From positions 1 to 45,397 of the forward strand of contig LWCA01000160.1 in assembly GCA_001642005.1 (NCBI GenBank): a stretch of 45,397 nt of DNA, in the 5' to 3' direction. The position numbers and the translations under genes are program-made. Shown here in pieces: positions 1 to 13,256 of this stretch; within the stretch, counting starts at the first letter, position 1, and each line of letters starts with the position of its first letter. The notes under the pieces are model-generated. The model was not told the origin of the DNA, did not search any database, and worked only from the letters and a program-made list of their open reading frames with translations. The stretch comes from Intoshia linei. Taxonomy: Eukaryota > Animalia > Orthonectida.

Positions 1-633
1 TGAATAAATAAAAAAAAATATAAATTGAAAATTAATTGTTATGGAAATAATTATGATTATGAAATTTACTATACAAAATAAATTAAATTTTGCTCATTAT
101 TCATATTTTTAAGTGCTTTGCCCCAGGTTTTTTTTAAACCTTTTTATATAATTTTTTATAATTGTGTATCATTCAACCCCATCTTCCACGTATGGGGTGG
201 CACTTTTTTATTCTCGCAAAAAAGTGAAAAAATTCACACTCCTAGTGTAGATCTAAAAATATGTCATTTTTTTTATATTGAATTATAATTTATTATTATC
301 TAGGTAGTTGGTAAAAGTACAATTTTCCATTAAGGGTTGGTAAATTTTAATTTTTAGTAAAATTAGTCGAATTTTTGAAATTATTTGAAATTTTAGAGTG
401 GTTCATATATAGACCATTGGTATTTTTGAAAATTTTGAATCATTAATATATGAATCATTGGATGTGAAACCGTTAAAATAAAATAAAGTGATTGCATCCC
501 ATATTGTTTAAACCCATTAACCGTGATATTTACATATTTAATTTTTTTTATAATGAAGACAAACTAAAATAATTTAATTAATTTTATATTTAAATAATAT
601 TTCATTTAATTTTAAAATTTAATACGATTTTAG

Positions 634-1258
634 GGCAAAATTGTCTAGAGATATAGATAAATATTCACGATACTGTACGATAAATGATTTGAACAATTTA
701 ACCGTAAGTATGATAAAATATATTTAATAAATTTATACAGACCCTGTATCACGAATTGGACATAATAAATAATGGCAAGATAACACTAATGATGATTTTC
801 AATTTAATATTTAAAAAACATTTACCTAAAACAAAAATAAAAAATTTATGCATAGAAAAAAAATCAAAAATAATTCTTTATCAATTAAATAAGGTTTAAT
901 AAAATTTTTAGAATTTTTTAAATAATTTTTTTAATATTTTAGAAAGATGGTATTTACATTGACAAAATTGAATTTCTATGCATTATACCATACATTATGA
1001 AATTATTTAAATTTTGTAAAAATAAAAATTAAATATTTAAATATACACTTTGTACTGAATAAATGATAAACTCTCGTAAGAAATAATGTACGTCAACTTA
1101 AACAGCTCATTGAAAATTTAAACATGTAAAAATAAAGTAATTATAATTTAATGGATAATAAATGGAGTTATTTTGATATGCTTAGATTTTAAAATTGACA
1201 AAATCCATATCAACATTGTATACAAATGGTTTTTACTTTGGAAATTAAACACGAATAA
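634..1258 (+). CDS. Probable exons of a small unknown gene or gene remnant with a weak EF-hand-like segment; boundaries uncertain
   Basis: GT-AG bounded open segments at about 634-703 (AKLSRDIDKYSRYCTINDLNNLT), 741-893 (TLYHELDIINNGKITLMMIFNLIFKKHLPK...) and 943 onward (KDGIYIDKIEFLCIIPYI). I could not join the later exons cleanly. Confidence 0.3.
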
Positions 1259-1399
1259 GTATGATTTTTTTATTATAAATAAGAACAAAATTTATTAATT
1301 GTCGTAATTAAAATAATTGCATCCTATTGAATCAAATTATTAGCAAAAAATAAGGACAAATTTCTTATTAGCCAAACTTTACAAATACAGCAATATTAG

Positions 1400-3450
1400 A
1401 TGACTGATTATAATACCTCTCAAGAATCAGAATTTTCTTTTATGTCTTTAGAGGAGAGTGAAACCAAACTGCAAAATAAAAAAAATTTTTCCAAATTTGA
1501 ACGAATAGTCAAGCAACGCAACAGTGATGCTGAATTTACAAAAGAATGGATTTTAAACAACGAAAGAATGAAAATCAAGCTGAACAATGAAGCAATTGAT
1601 TTTATAATTGGTAATACGGAAAAAACCAACCCGGAAAAAGTTTCAACTGAACCTATTAAAAAAAAATTAAACGAGGAATATGACAGTGAAGGATGTAATG
1701 TGTCAATTGAATTTAATAATTTCGATCAGGACAAGAAACAGTGTATAAATAAGAATCTTGAAAATAATGATACTGAGTTGAAAACTATAAAGGAGATAAT
1801 ATCTAAACGAGATAAAAAATCCATCATAAAAAACGGAAAAGCACATAGTACGCTTAAAAAACGAAACAGAAAATACAGTAAATTTATCTAGTATCATCGA
1901 TTAACGTACATTTAGGTTTTAGTTTGAAGGGAAACAAAATATCCTCAATATCGGAAAAATCTCCTTTAATCGAAAGGGTAATTGTCAAAAGTTAAAAATA
2001 CAATTTTTTCAGATTGAATTTACGAGAAAATTGAAAATGAATGAACTGAGAAATAAACTGGAAGAGACTAACATTCAAATGGATTCTCTGAAACAAGAAA
2101 TTCGGTAAATTGTTCATGAACTTATACATTTATTATTTAGAGATTTAAAAATACAATTAAAATTGGAAACTAGAAATAACGTGAAACGTGATAATCAAGT
2201 TAACAAATTACCTATTCTCTATAACCGGTTACTTGAAGACGTACAGAATTTGCAAAATTTAGTAAAAAAACAAAAAAAGGAAATTTTAAATAGTAAAAAT
2301 GGCAACAAAACCCTACAAATTGAAAATGATAAATTGAAAAATCAAGTTGTCAAATTCGAGATTTTGAACAAAGAACACAACCTTCAAGAAAGACACAATT
2401 TGAAAATTAAAAATAAACAATTGGAAGGAATTATCAATAAAAACAATGAAGAAATAAAGGTACACATAGAATACTCTATACAATTAAATATAGAATCTCA
2501 AAGTTTACGGTAAAAATTTGGTTAAAAACAATGAATACAATATGATGAAAATGAAAAATAAATCAAAAAAGAGTGACAAAATCATTGAGGAAATGACGGA
2601 GCGCATCAAAGAACTAGAGAAGGATACATTTGTATTAACTATCACTTTTTAAACCGTTACTTGTTATTTAGATGAAATCAAAAATATTAAATAGATACAA
2701 TATTTATTCTCAGGCCAAATCAAATATTTCTTCTCCCCTGCAAAGAACACAATCTCAAAATTTTTTATATCAAATGGACAAAGATTGTTATTACGTAATT
2801 ATTTTTAAAAGTGTACATGTATTAATAGAATTGTGAATATGAAGATGCCGAAAACACTGCTTGCTGTCCCGAGGAAAATGTACTGAATAATTGTGTAGAA
2901 AATGGAGAAATTCAAGAACACACACTCCCAGTGCAAGACCAAGACACATCTAAAGTCACCCCATTAGAAGAGGAATGGAAAAATTGGCAAAAAAATATTG
3001 TTGATAGTGACAAGGAAGAATCTACAAAATCATCGATACCAATTTCAAATTCAACAAACGGTGCATCATTATTTTGTATACATTTATTTTGATTTAGAAA
3101 CAGTTAAAAATAAATTAAAAGAGGCAGACCAAGCTTTTGCAAAACTGCTAGCAGAAGAAAACATAAAATACAACAGTACAAAAAATGAATTTGTGAATTT
3201 GGAAACAAAAATATGTGTGAAAAATGATATAATCGTTGACAACAATGAAAAATATACAAATTTAAAATTTGGAGGATACCAACCAACAATAGTACTTAAC
3301 AATAAAAACAGTTGCTCAGAAAAAGTTACAAAAAATGACACCAACACAGAAAAATTAAAAGATAAAAACTGGAACCCAAATGGCAAACTCCACTTGCAAT
3401 CGAGTTTCGAGAAACTGGAAGATGAAATTGAAAATATTATAATTGCTTAA
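1400..3450 (+). CDS. Multi-exon K/E/N-rich coiled-coil protein of unknown function
   Basis: ORFs 1400-1891, 2163-2513 and 2998-3450 are linked by short GT-AG introns (about 1978-2012, 2105-2140, 3061-3095). The sequence is heptad-rich (LLEDVQNLQNLVKKQKKEILN) and an AATAAA follows the stop. Confidence 0.6.
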
Positions 3451-3512
3451 TTTTTTATTGTTTAATAAAATGTCGAAAGTATTTGCGAAAATTCGGTTTG
3501 GAGTATATAATA

Positions 3513-4277
3513 TTAGGTTTGAAAAATCCTTTTTTGTTTTATGTTGATATATTCCTGAGTTAAATCAAACTTTACGCGATTCTTATCCAATTTCCAAACG
3601 TGGATAGCATTCCAATCTGCACGTTTATGAACATCAGCCCTGACTGCTTCGAAATAAACAGTTTCAGTAATATCAAAGACGAGAGACATGTTAATGTCGT
3701 TTATATTTATATTTGGAATGTAACTGAATATGCGACGATCAATGTACACATGTTCGTGGTTTCCTAAATCTATTATTCCCCATTTATTCTTTAACATGTA
3801 TATTTCTCCATAGCTTTGTTTCGTGTGTGCTTTGGAACATGCAATTACTGATCGACGTTTCGATTTTAAAGAAAACCTTTTCACAATTTTATCTGTATTA
3901 TCACGCACAGTTGAGCATTTTTTTAAGTTCAAGTCAAGTTTGTTGGGTAATTGACAGCCCATTTTCTTTTTTAATTCGAGAAAAGAGTTTTTACCTGGCA
4001 TAAATGAATTGTTCGTTTCACAGATACTAAAACTTTTTATTCTACCCAATACGCTCTTTTTTCGAAGACTGATATTGTCTGTACAGCTGGTTATTTTTGA
4101 AAAATTTGAAAGTATTGGTTTCTCATTTGTTTCCGTTTTTTGTGTGTATTTTTCATAATAAATGTCAGATAGACCAATTTTTACGTTTTTGTTGGTTTTT
4201 ATAGGACAGAAGGTGTACAAATTATATTTTTCTCCGTTGTCCGTCTTTTCCTCTATCACTTTTGTATCTTCAAACAT
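3513..4277 (-). CDS. 254-aa protein with a C-terminal cold-shock/OB-fold-like domain
   Basis: Uninterrupted ORF in AT-rich DNA. The C-terminal GEIYMLKNKWGIIDLGNHEHVYIDRRIF...VFDITETVYFEAV...WNAIHVW has a CSD/OB-like beta-strand pattern. The fold call is by eye. Confidence 0.6.
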   Translation of the reverse strand: MFEDTKVIEEKTDNGEKYNLYTFCPIKTNKNVKIGLSDIYYEKYTQKTETNEKPILSNFSKITSCTDNISLRKKSVLGRIKSFSICETNNSFMPGKNSFLELKKKMGCQLPNKLDLNLKKCSTVRDNTDKIVKRFSLKSKRRSVIACSKAHTKQSYGEIYMLKNKWGIIDLGNHEHVYIDRRIFSYIPNININDINMSLVFDITETVYFEAVRADVHKRADWNAIHVWKLDKNRVKFDLTQEYINIKQKRIFQT

Positions 4278-4413
4278 GTCAATCCATTTATTTTGATTGG
4301 AATTTTTTATTGAATCTAAATATTCTTTTAAAAAATAAAATAATTTAAAAGTTGAATGAAAAATTCGTTGAAATAAAACACACCCCTAATTTAACACTTT
4401 TGAATCTATATAA

Positions 4414-5150
4414 TCCTTATATAAAGTAAAATGGTTAAAAATATATGTCTGTTTATTTATTTGTTCCAGTTTATTTAAGAAAGTAAGGGGAGTCAAATTT
4501 TACAAATTCCATATTTTTATAACCGTTTTTGCAGAGTAATGTTTTATCGCAAATTTCAATTTCACAAATTGAGTCCTTCAATGTTAAAAACCCCAATTTT
4601 CTTTTGTTTTTAAATTCAAAGCGTCATAGAATTATAAAAAATACACACTCTAATAAAACGTTAAAATTCATCAATATTATGATAATTTTCAATTTCAAAA
4701 TTTTATATCTTAATAGCCAAAACTCCATATTATCCTTTTTAGTAAAAATTAAAAAAGTTCTCGAATTTGATACAACGTAAATTCTGGAATAGTTTTTAAA
4801 TTCATAAGCATTATCATAAATGGTAACCTCAAAAAAGGTAATTTTCACGGTCAAAAACCCAGATAACCTTTTTTTAAAATGATAACAGCCCTAGACATTT
4901 CAAAAAATTACCGATGATACAGTTATATCCAGTTAACACACACAAAAAATTTCAATCTGATTAAGTGAGGCCTTCACGGTCAAAAAAGCATTTTAGTACT
5001 CACATATTTTTTTCCAAAATATTTTATTAAAACAAAAAATGTAAAATAATTAACAATCCGAAAATTAAAAAAAAATAATATTATGATAGAGCTTATTCCA
5101 GTTGATATAAACACAAAATTTCAACCACAGAAATCTACACATTCTCGGTG
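4414..5150 (+). mobile_element. Non-autonomous Helitron-like element (family A), 5' part
   Basis: Starts A|TCCTTATATAAAG followed by a TGTCTGTTTATTTATTTGT microsatellite-like tract. 4541-4592 is the near-exact reverse complement of 6831-6882, and 4790-5145 matches 27850-28150 in reverse. Confidence 0.6.
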
Positions 5151-6102
5151 AAAAATAATTTTTAATATATTATCAAAGAATATTTTTTAAATATTTGATT
5201 TAAGTTGAAAATTAAAAAGTAAATAATCATCCTACAATTTCAAAAAAAATGTACATTGAATGTCTACACATTTCCAATATAGATATATGGGTGTAAATCT
5301 ATATAATTGATTCCTTCGGATTTTTTTTATTGATACGCCATTTTTTATTTTCAAAAAATTAAAGTCTCAACATAAAAACAACACAATACGAATACAAAGT
5401 AAAATGTCATTTTAACAGATGTTAGAGTTCAGAAACGGGTATGACGAAAAAATTTTTTCAAATTGAAAAACGACATTGAAGTCGGCAAGTTAAGAATTTT
5501 AAATTTTTTAATTTAATAATTTAGTTAAATTTAACTTTTTTGTATCGATACTGATGGTACATTGTACAATGCAAATCATTACTGTATATTAGAGCTCAGC
5601 AACACATTTACCAACACGATTTGCCATGGTCCCAAGCAGGGATTGGATTTAATTGATTGCAACCAATTTAATTTCAATTAATTGGTAATAATAAAAAATT
5701 TTCTACGCCCCCATCACAATATCTCAATGAGTATATGTATTCATATTTTTAAAGTATCAAACAATAAAAATCTAAATTAGTAGATTTAATGAATATATAA
5801 TGATATCTTGATTTATTTATGTTTTATAATGTATGTTTGTATTTAAGGTTGTTTTTAGCACAGTAGTTAAATGTATGATTAAGATATTTGCGATAAATTA
5901 ATAAAAATAAAAAATCCAGAAAATGACGCTCTTACATCGACAAAAAAAACGGCGTTAATGATTTTTACAACTTTTTTATTTAGCATTTTAAATTTCATCA
6001 TTTACTATTTAGAACCTAAAAAAAGAGGCCAATGTGGAAAATGACAAAAATTATTTAATTGATGATACATATTCTGATAATATATATTTTTTCATATACA
6101 TT

Positions 6103-6649
6103 TTAAATTTCTATATCTTTAATAATACCTTTAAGATTCATAAATAGTTTTTCCTTATACCGATCGTGAGAATTACAAACCGGTGAATATTTATGAAAGC
6201 TAGAAATTTTTGGATCTGAAATGGTAAATTTGTTATGTACTAGAAATTGATCGTTATCAGCAAAATAGAATTGATTTGGATTAGTCTCTGAGCAGCTATT
6301 ATTCGAAAATCTTTTATTTATATCTAAAATAAAAAATTTTAAATTGTACAATTTAATGTAATTTATTATTAAAATAGGCAATTAGAAAGTGCGTTCAATG
6401 CTCATGCATTTTCTCAAAATATAACAAATTTTTAATTTTGTATAGTTGCTTCATATTCACCACAAATCATAAAAACCGTAAGTACTTTAAATGCAGTGAA
6501 AACGTTGCTTTGTATCTCAGTGATTTTTAAGCTTTTTTGTGTAACGTACCCTAAAGGATCATCATAATTAAAGAAAATAAGGGATTTAATAATTACGATA
6601 ATACGATAATAATTAATAAATACTCAACTTTGAAAAATGAGGACTCCAT
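6103..6649 (-). pseudogene. Possible small degenerate gene with a hydrophobic N-terminus (MESSFFKVEYLLIIIVLS)
   Basis: An ATG exon, a GT-AG-like intron, then coding-like segments ending in ORF 6103-6381. The frames are interrupted by stops. Confidence 0.2.
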
Positions 6650-6664
6650 TTATTAAAATTTCAG

Positions 6665-7006
6665 GCCATTTTTAATTTTTAGAAAAAAAATTATGATGCG
6701 TTTTAACCATGAAGATGTAAGTTTCTGAGGTTGAAATTTATAATAATGTTAATGTTTAATTAAAAAGAGTCTCAGAAGTAATTTTTTGTGAAATTTTAAC
6801 TCATTTTAATTTTGAAAAAAGAGTCATTTCGGTTTTTAACACTGATGGACTCAATTTCCGAAAATGAAATTTGCGATAAAACATCTTTCTCAAAAATCTG
6901 TAATGGAAATTGGTATTTTGAAAACTCTACGCCCATTACTTTCTTAAATAAAATAGAACAGACAAACAGTTCTATTTTTAGCTAAAGTATCTTACACAAA
7001 AAAGGA
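6665..7006 (-). mobile_element. Helitron-like family A copy, 5' part
   Basis: Inverted copy of about 4420-4750. The minus strand begins A|TCCTT at 7007/7006 with a CTGTTTGTCTGTT tract. Confidence 0.55.
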
Positions 7007-7092
7007 TGACAAAATTTCAAATTCACCCAAGATTTTCAAACGCACCTCAGTTTGAAAACCATTGATTTATGAAACAATACTATATTGTATAA

Positions 7093-8103
7093 CAGGGGTT
7101 CCCAAACTCATTTGATCTACCGCCCCTTCTTTTTTTAGCAATATTTTATAAGCTTTTATATATTTTTATAACCTATATATAGCAATATATAGCATGCCAC
7201 ATGTGGCCAGATTAAATTGTGTATCCCTCGAAATTGTTTAGTAATATATTTTTAAAAACACTACACCAGGGGTCGGCAACCTTTTACGTTTCGTGGACTT
7301 GTTTTTAAAAATTTACACATGATACATTTCAATTTTAATTAAAAAGAAACGGTTCGTGTCTATTTAACAAAATAATATCCAGGGCGATCAGAAAATTCAG
7401 AATTAAAATGATTATAATGAACCAATTATAGTAAAAAATGTTTAAAACGGTTTTTAAAAGTTAAAACATTTAAAAATAAATAATTTACAAATTTACTCAA
7501 AAGGCCACCAAAATTATTCTGTGGCCACTGGTTTTCGACCCCTGAACTACACTAATAGTGATCGCAAAGTTTTTTTTCTTCGATAAAAATTGACACGAAA
7601 AATTATTTTGTAAATTTAAAATAGCCCAATACATTAATTTCTACAAAATATGAAAAAAATCAGAGTAACTCGCATCACCCATTTTATCTAACAATGAACT
7701 AATTAAATAAGCAAGTTAATATCAATGATATATAATATAAAGATATCATCCAAAAAAGCAAAATTTAATTATATCGTAACTAATACTCAACCAATTATAT
7801 AGTAATTCAAAAGACTGATTAATTTTAAAATTATATTAAAACCATTTATTTGCCAAAATAAACTGAAATGGTACCATAATAATGATATAATTTTAAAAAT
7901 TAATTTATATAGCAAATTTTAAATTATTGACAGTACAATTTACCGAACAATTCAAGGTTAAAGGTGAATTAGTACATCTAGATCTGTTTAGACACATTAA
8001 TTTAAATTTAATTTAAAATTTCCAAAATCAATAAAAATAAAGATAAATTATGTACAATCGCGGTTCACGATGCTGGTTTGCCGAAAAAAGTTTGGGCACA
8101 ACT
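7093..8103. mobile_element. Old hAT-type MITE containing a nested younger MITE
   Basis: Left end CAGGGGTTCCCAAACT and degenerate right end AGTTTGGGCACAACT. Flanks TTGTATAA / TTGTATCA give a 7/8 TSD match. Confidence 0.5.
7267..7544. mobile_element. hAT (Charlie-like) MITE, 278 bp
   Basis: TIRs CAGGGGTCGGCAACC ... GGTTTTCGACCCCTG; 8-bp TSD CACTACAC / AACTACAC. Confidence 0.8.
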
Positions 8104-8474
8104 TTGTATCAAAATAAATAAAAAATGAATCTGTATTGATGCATTTAATAGAACATTTTTAATATAAATTTAATAGAATTTACAATACTTTTTTGTTAAA
8201 TTTTGAAATACTACATCATGATATTCAATTAAATATTATCACGTGATAATTACAAGTTTTTTTTAGTTTTAAATAAAATTTAATTTAATAATGTCAGATC
8301 TAAAGATGGCAAGCATAAAAAATAATGTCACTTACATATGTATAAAAAAAAATTGCTAAAACACATCTAAACTAAACCTAACCAGTTATTGTCCAATGTC
8401 AATTTGAGAATGTTCAATAAGTTTTAAACCCCTTTAAATTTTATCATATAAACCTCCAACCTGACTGTATAAAT

Positions 8475-10063
8475 CTAAATACCATTATTTGGGTGAATGA
8501 TTTTATCTTTAGTTTTAAATATTCCATGTAAAGGTGAATCATAATTCATGAAATTCTTTTGCCTATTAAAAGTTTTATAAGAATCGATTGGTCCATTATG
8601 CGAAAATCGACGATCCATATTAAAACGGACCGCATTATCCATTGAAGGTTTTTCGGCTGAAAAAAAAGATTTTTTGGAATTTGAATAATCAAAAATATCT
8701 TTAATATCATTATCTATATAAGAATAGCATTTACTCCTAGATGGTTGATTTTGTTGTAGATATATGCAATCAGTAATAGAAATGGGTCTATTGAATTTTG
8801 AGTTTTTCAAATTTGATTGTTCGTCTCCTTTTTTAACAATTGACAGATACGTGCACCGTTCAGTACGAAACATGTTATATTCATTGAGATATTTTAAAAC
8901 AATTGTTTCGAAAAATGAGTAATTACAATAATTTGCCACAGAAGAATTTAGATTTGATTCAAATGTGCTGTTAAAAGCATAAAGAGTATTAATGACAACT
9001 GTCGGGGCATTTTTCAGAATCATGCACAGTTTTTCTAAATTTATGCTAGTCTTCTGCATGGAAATAATAATGTATAAAAATTTTGCTGGAACGCTAAAAT
9101 TGAGTTTATAGTTGTCTTCACCAACCATAAAGGACAAGGCATCAGATTCTCCCCGTTCAATGTTGATTTTTATCAAAGAAAAATTGTTTTCATCTATAAA
9201 TTTAAAATCTGAATTAAAAATGTGACTCTTCATAACATTTTTCATGTAAGATATTGAAAAATCCTGGAAAATGCCACGATAAGGTGCAATTAAATCTTTA
9301 ACTCGCCAATGAACATATGGTATAGAATTTTCTTCTCCTATACAATTTCTCACATTCGAAACTGCAATTTCATAGTTATACACCGTTTTAATGAAGTAGA
9401 TTACAATTAAACATTTAACATCGTCTGTCATTATTTGAGATAAATCATTTACAGATTGTGTCCTTTTTTTGATTTTAGATATTTTATTTTCCAAATCAGG
9501 TATATTATCATTAGGTTTTAAATTTTGCCAGGAATTTGCAATTGAACTAATCAAGGAATTTTTTTGTTTAAAAATACCATTCGACGGTTTTTCTTTGTCG
9601 TTCAGTTCAATTTGCCAATTTACGTTAATCGAATCACCTCCAATTTTCAATAAAAATATGTTTAACAATTCACCGATTAGATTTTTATTTTTTTCAATTA
9701 TTTTTCTCGATTCCATCACTTCATTTCTTAAAAAATTTGAAAAATACCTTTCTTTAACAATATCGTCATCAGAAGAATTGTAAATGTCTGAATAAGTTCC
9801 AGATGAACTTTGAGAAAATGCTTCAATTCCCGTTTTAACATTAGAATTTTCATAAATAAAACTAACAAAAGACGATTCAATTGAGAAATTTTTTAATTCG
9901 TTAAAGGTGGAACGACATATACTTTTAATGTGTGATATAGACAAACGGTTTATTATTTTGCTAAATGTCTGAGACCCCTTTTTTTGTAATATTGATTGAA
10001 TCTCCTCTATTATTTCAATTGGATTGCTTAAACGATTACTTTGAAATAAATTATTTCCGCGTT
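8475..10063 (-). CDS. Large terminal exon (about 530 codons) of an orphan gene; upstream exons probably at about 10200-10620
   Basis: The 489-aa ORF stays open upstream of its TTG (RGNNLFQSNRLSNPIEIIEEIQSILQKKG) to a TTATTTAG acceptor at 10064-10065. No recognisable domain. Confidence 0.65.
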
Positions 10064-10778
10064 CTAAATAATAATAATATTTTATACATGCATGGGAATG
10101 TGTATATAATAGTTAATTTGTTATCAAACAATCTTAACACATATTAGGACGTTTATAAGGTAACATTCATAAGTAAAAATCTAATTTTTTCGCATATACA
10201 AAATTAAATGAATCTCCCTTTTCTGTGGTTTAAATTGGTATTTAAAAGTTTAATAAATGGGCAATGTTTTTCTTTTCGTTCAATAAATGGAATTCCAAAC
10301 AGTTTTTGATTTTTATCGAAACACTTTGCAGCATACAGTAAAACAGTATTCTTTGATAGGGTGGCGAAGGGGTTGGATATTAGCATCAATGTAACATGTT
10401 TCTCAATTATGTATGACCCACTACTTAGAAACTTGAGCCATCGCTATAATGTAACATTTTGCACGTTGTTGGGAATCGTGACAGAAATTTTTAATATTCC
10501 TGAAACCACTGGTCAATTAAAAAGTTTGCGATCAATTTTGATTTTTTAATTTGATAGATTCACCTTAAATTCAAGAAAATATAGTTATTACGGTATTATT
10601 AGTATTGAAAAATCATGTCCCCATTTTAATACATGTTGTAAACATTTCGTCAAGCCTAAGAAGGCTTCTCGGACAGAGCAGTGAAGAGCGAACAGTGGAC
10701 CCGGACCAGATGAAACTTGTCAACTCCTGTTTTAATTAAAATGTGGGTTCAATAATTTAATCTATCCATTATCTAATA

Positions 10779-11456
10779 CAATAGTTTCCAAACTTTTTTT
10801 AGTGTTATCGTGCTGGAGTAACAAAATTTTGTCGGACCATTCGAAACATTACAATAGATTAAAAAAACATTGTAAGTAGGTCCGTGATAATGTGACCCAT
10901 CATATGGTCTGGTCTCGGGTTAGGCAGGTTCAAATTTGAGTATTGATCATAAATAATCACGAATTAAAGTAAGATATTAATGATGTCAAAGCTCCCATAA
11001 TAATATACATAATATGTATTACATATAGTATATCAGAATAATTTTAAAATACATTTTCAGTGGATCCTCCATTATTCGCCAACCATTTTTCAAAATAAAT
11101 CAAAAAAGTTTCATGCCTAGATCCTGTCAAAAAAAACAAGAACTTCCAAACAATAGGATAAAATTTATTGAAATATATAAAAAATGTAATTATACGGTCG
11201 CATCGATAATTTACGAACCTGATAATGGCTTAATGTCGGGATCCAACAGTTTTTTTACGGCAGATCGGTAATAAATTAGAAAATTTATCGCGAACCACTA
11301 AATCGATATTACTAGGCAACGTTTTAAAATTTCAAAAAAAAACGTAATAAATTGACTTTTAAGTGGTAAATTAATTTTTTAAAAATTATTTTGCGAACCG
11401 GTAAAAATTTTTCCCAGACCAGTACTGGTCCGCGGACCGGCATTTGAGAAACGCTG
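10779..11456. mobile_element. Degenerate hAT (Charlie-like) MITE
   Basis: Left CAATAGTTTCCAAACT and right TTTGAGAAACGCTG, preceded by the palindrome GGTCCGCGGACC. The TSD matches only 5/8 (ATCTAATA / GTTTAATG). Confidence 0.5.
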
Positions 11457-11975
11457 GTTTAATGTAGATATAATAATGTTTTCTATATTAAACAACTAAA
11501 GTACTTAGTAGTTTCCAGGAAACTAGGTTCCATCATTTATCAAAATATCAATCACTAACTCAACCCGAAATAAAAAATCCATTTTCACCAACCCTCAAGC
11601 CTTAAGTTGATGTAAAATCTTTTTCCACATTTTTTTGAAAAATTCAATTTTACCAAACCTTACGAGAAAAAACTCTTACTCCAACCACAAAATAGAAAAC
11701 CAAAATTTTAGTAACCATGAAATAAAAATCCCTTTTCTCTAATACTTTGTTCTAACATTAAAATCAATGAGACTCACAAGCGTCATTGTATTCAGTTTCA
11801 ATTTTACATATTAATCATTTATATATTTAAAAAATTTTGCTGGTCCGAGCAAATCGACTCCGTTGGTTATAACTCAACCTGTTTCCAAAGATTTTAGGTG
11901 ATTTTTTTGAATATTATCAAAATTGAATATTTTTTTTGTTGTTCTACGATATTTTGCATTCAATTTAGTTTAACC

Positions 11976-12504
11976 CAGTGTTTCTCAACCTTTTTTACTG
12001 CGCGGAACCCTTATGAAATTTAAAAAAATCGCGGCACCTAAAAGCATGATTAAAAATTTTTTTTGCATGTCGCATATATATAACAATTTGATTTTTAATT
12101 AAAAAAATTAATAACACACGGAATTTAGACGGTAAAACCAGTTGCCTCCCTCACACAACAAAGAAGCATCGAGGACCGTGAGAGATAACTTTTTAGTTAA
12201 ATATCATTATAAACAGGTAAGTAACTTATTTAAATTATTTCAAGAGAGTTGGACCAGTAAAAACCCACCTTCTTTACAATATTTATCATAAAGATAATCT
12301 GAATTAATATTACTTTTTAACATCATTTTTCAGGTTCCCATACTCACAACGTATAATACTTTTATTAAAACTTATTTGAATTAAATTTGAGAAATGATGT
12401 TTTTCATTCATACAACAGTAATTTAACTTTAAATTGAAAAATATCTCATTTATATTTCACGGAACCCCAATTAATTTTCGAGGAACAAGGGTTGAGAACC
12501 ACTG
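11976..12504. mobile_element. hAT MITE, 529 bp
   Basis: TIRs CAGTGTTTCTCAACC / GGTTGAGAACCACTG (14/15 match); perfect 8-bp TSD GTTTAACC on both sides. Confidence 0.9.
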
Positions 12505-13256
12505 GTTTAACCTTAAATATTTCGTAGTAAAACCACTGAAATGTCAAATTTAAGATCTAATATAATTTCTCGTTTTAAGTAATTTGATCGAATACTAAGT
12601 ATTTTAAAATATCTCGTTTGGTAAGAGAGTAAAGTTGGGGAGTAGCAACAAAAACAAATTTTATACAAATTAATTAAAAATTCATGTCTGCACACACTTT
12701 TAGTTGTGTTAAAATTTAATCAAAAATTCAAGGTCGTTCATACAAATATATTTTTAAAAAGTATAAATATCGATCAAACGTGATTCCGTGTGATTTTCTA
12801 TATTATAATATTTTTATATAGTCGAAAATGTAAAAATAAATTTTTTTTTATAAAATAATAAAAGTAAATAATAGTAATATAAAGTAAAAGTAATAAACAG
12901 CCTAATTTGAGATACATTGAAAATATTTATGAATAAAAAAATTTAATACACACATAATGATTAACCAATTAACCATTAAATGTAATATTTATAAAATATG
13001 GCATATAAAATCTAGTCATTATCAATCAACCATATAAAAAATATCACTAAATATCTGTTAATTCCCATAAGGTCATACCATTTTATAGAGTATAACCATT
13101 GCAGAGAGGAAAAGATTAAAATTAAGTAACATTAAATAAAAAATAAAATAACAAGCCAGTAGGCTATACATGAAAATTTATATAAACGAACATAATTCAA
13201 AATCTAAATGTTTAACAGGTTTAAATTAAATGTACACTAATAAAAAGAAAAAATAC

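Noticed and set aside
4529-4854. ORFs 4529-4780 and 4624-4854
   Set aside because: They lie within the family A repeat, and the other copies do not keep these frames.
1420-9783. ORFs 1420-1629, 1703-1897, 3084-3386, 3104-3289 and 9469-9783
   Set aside because: F/L/S-rich antisense translations of K/E/N-rich real exons.
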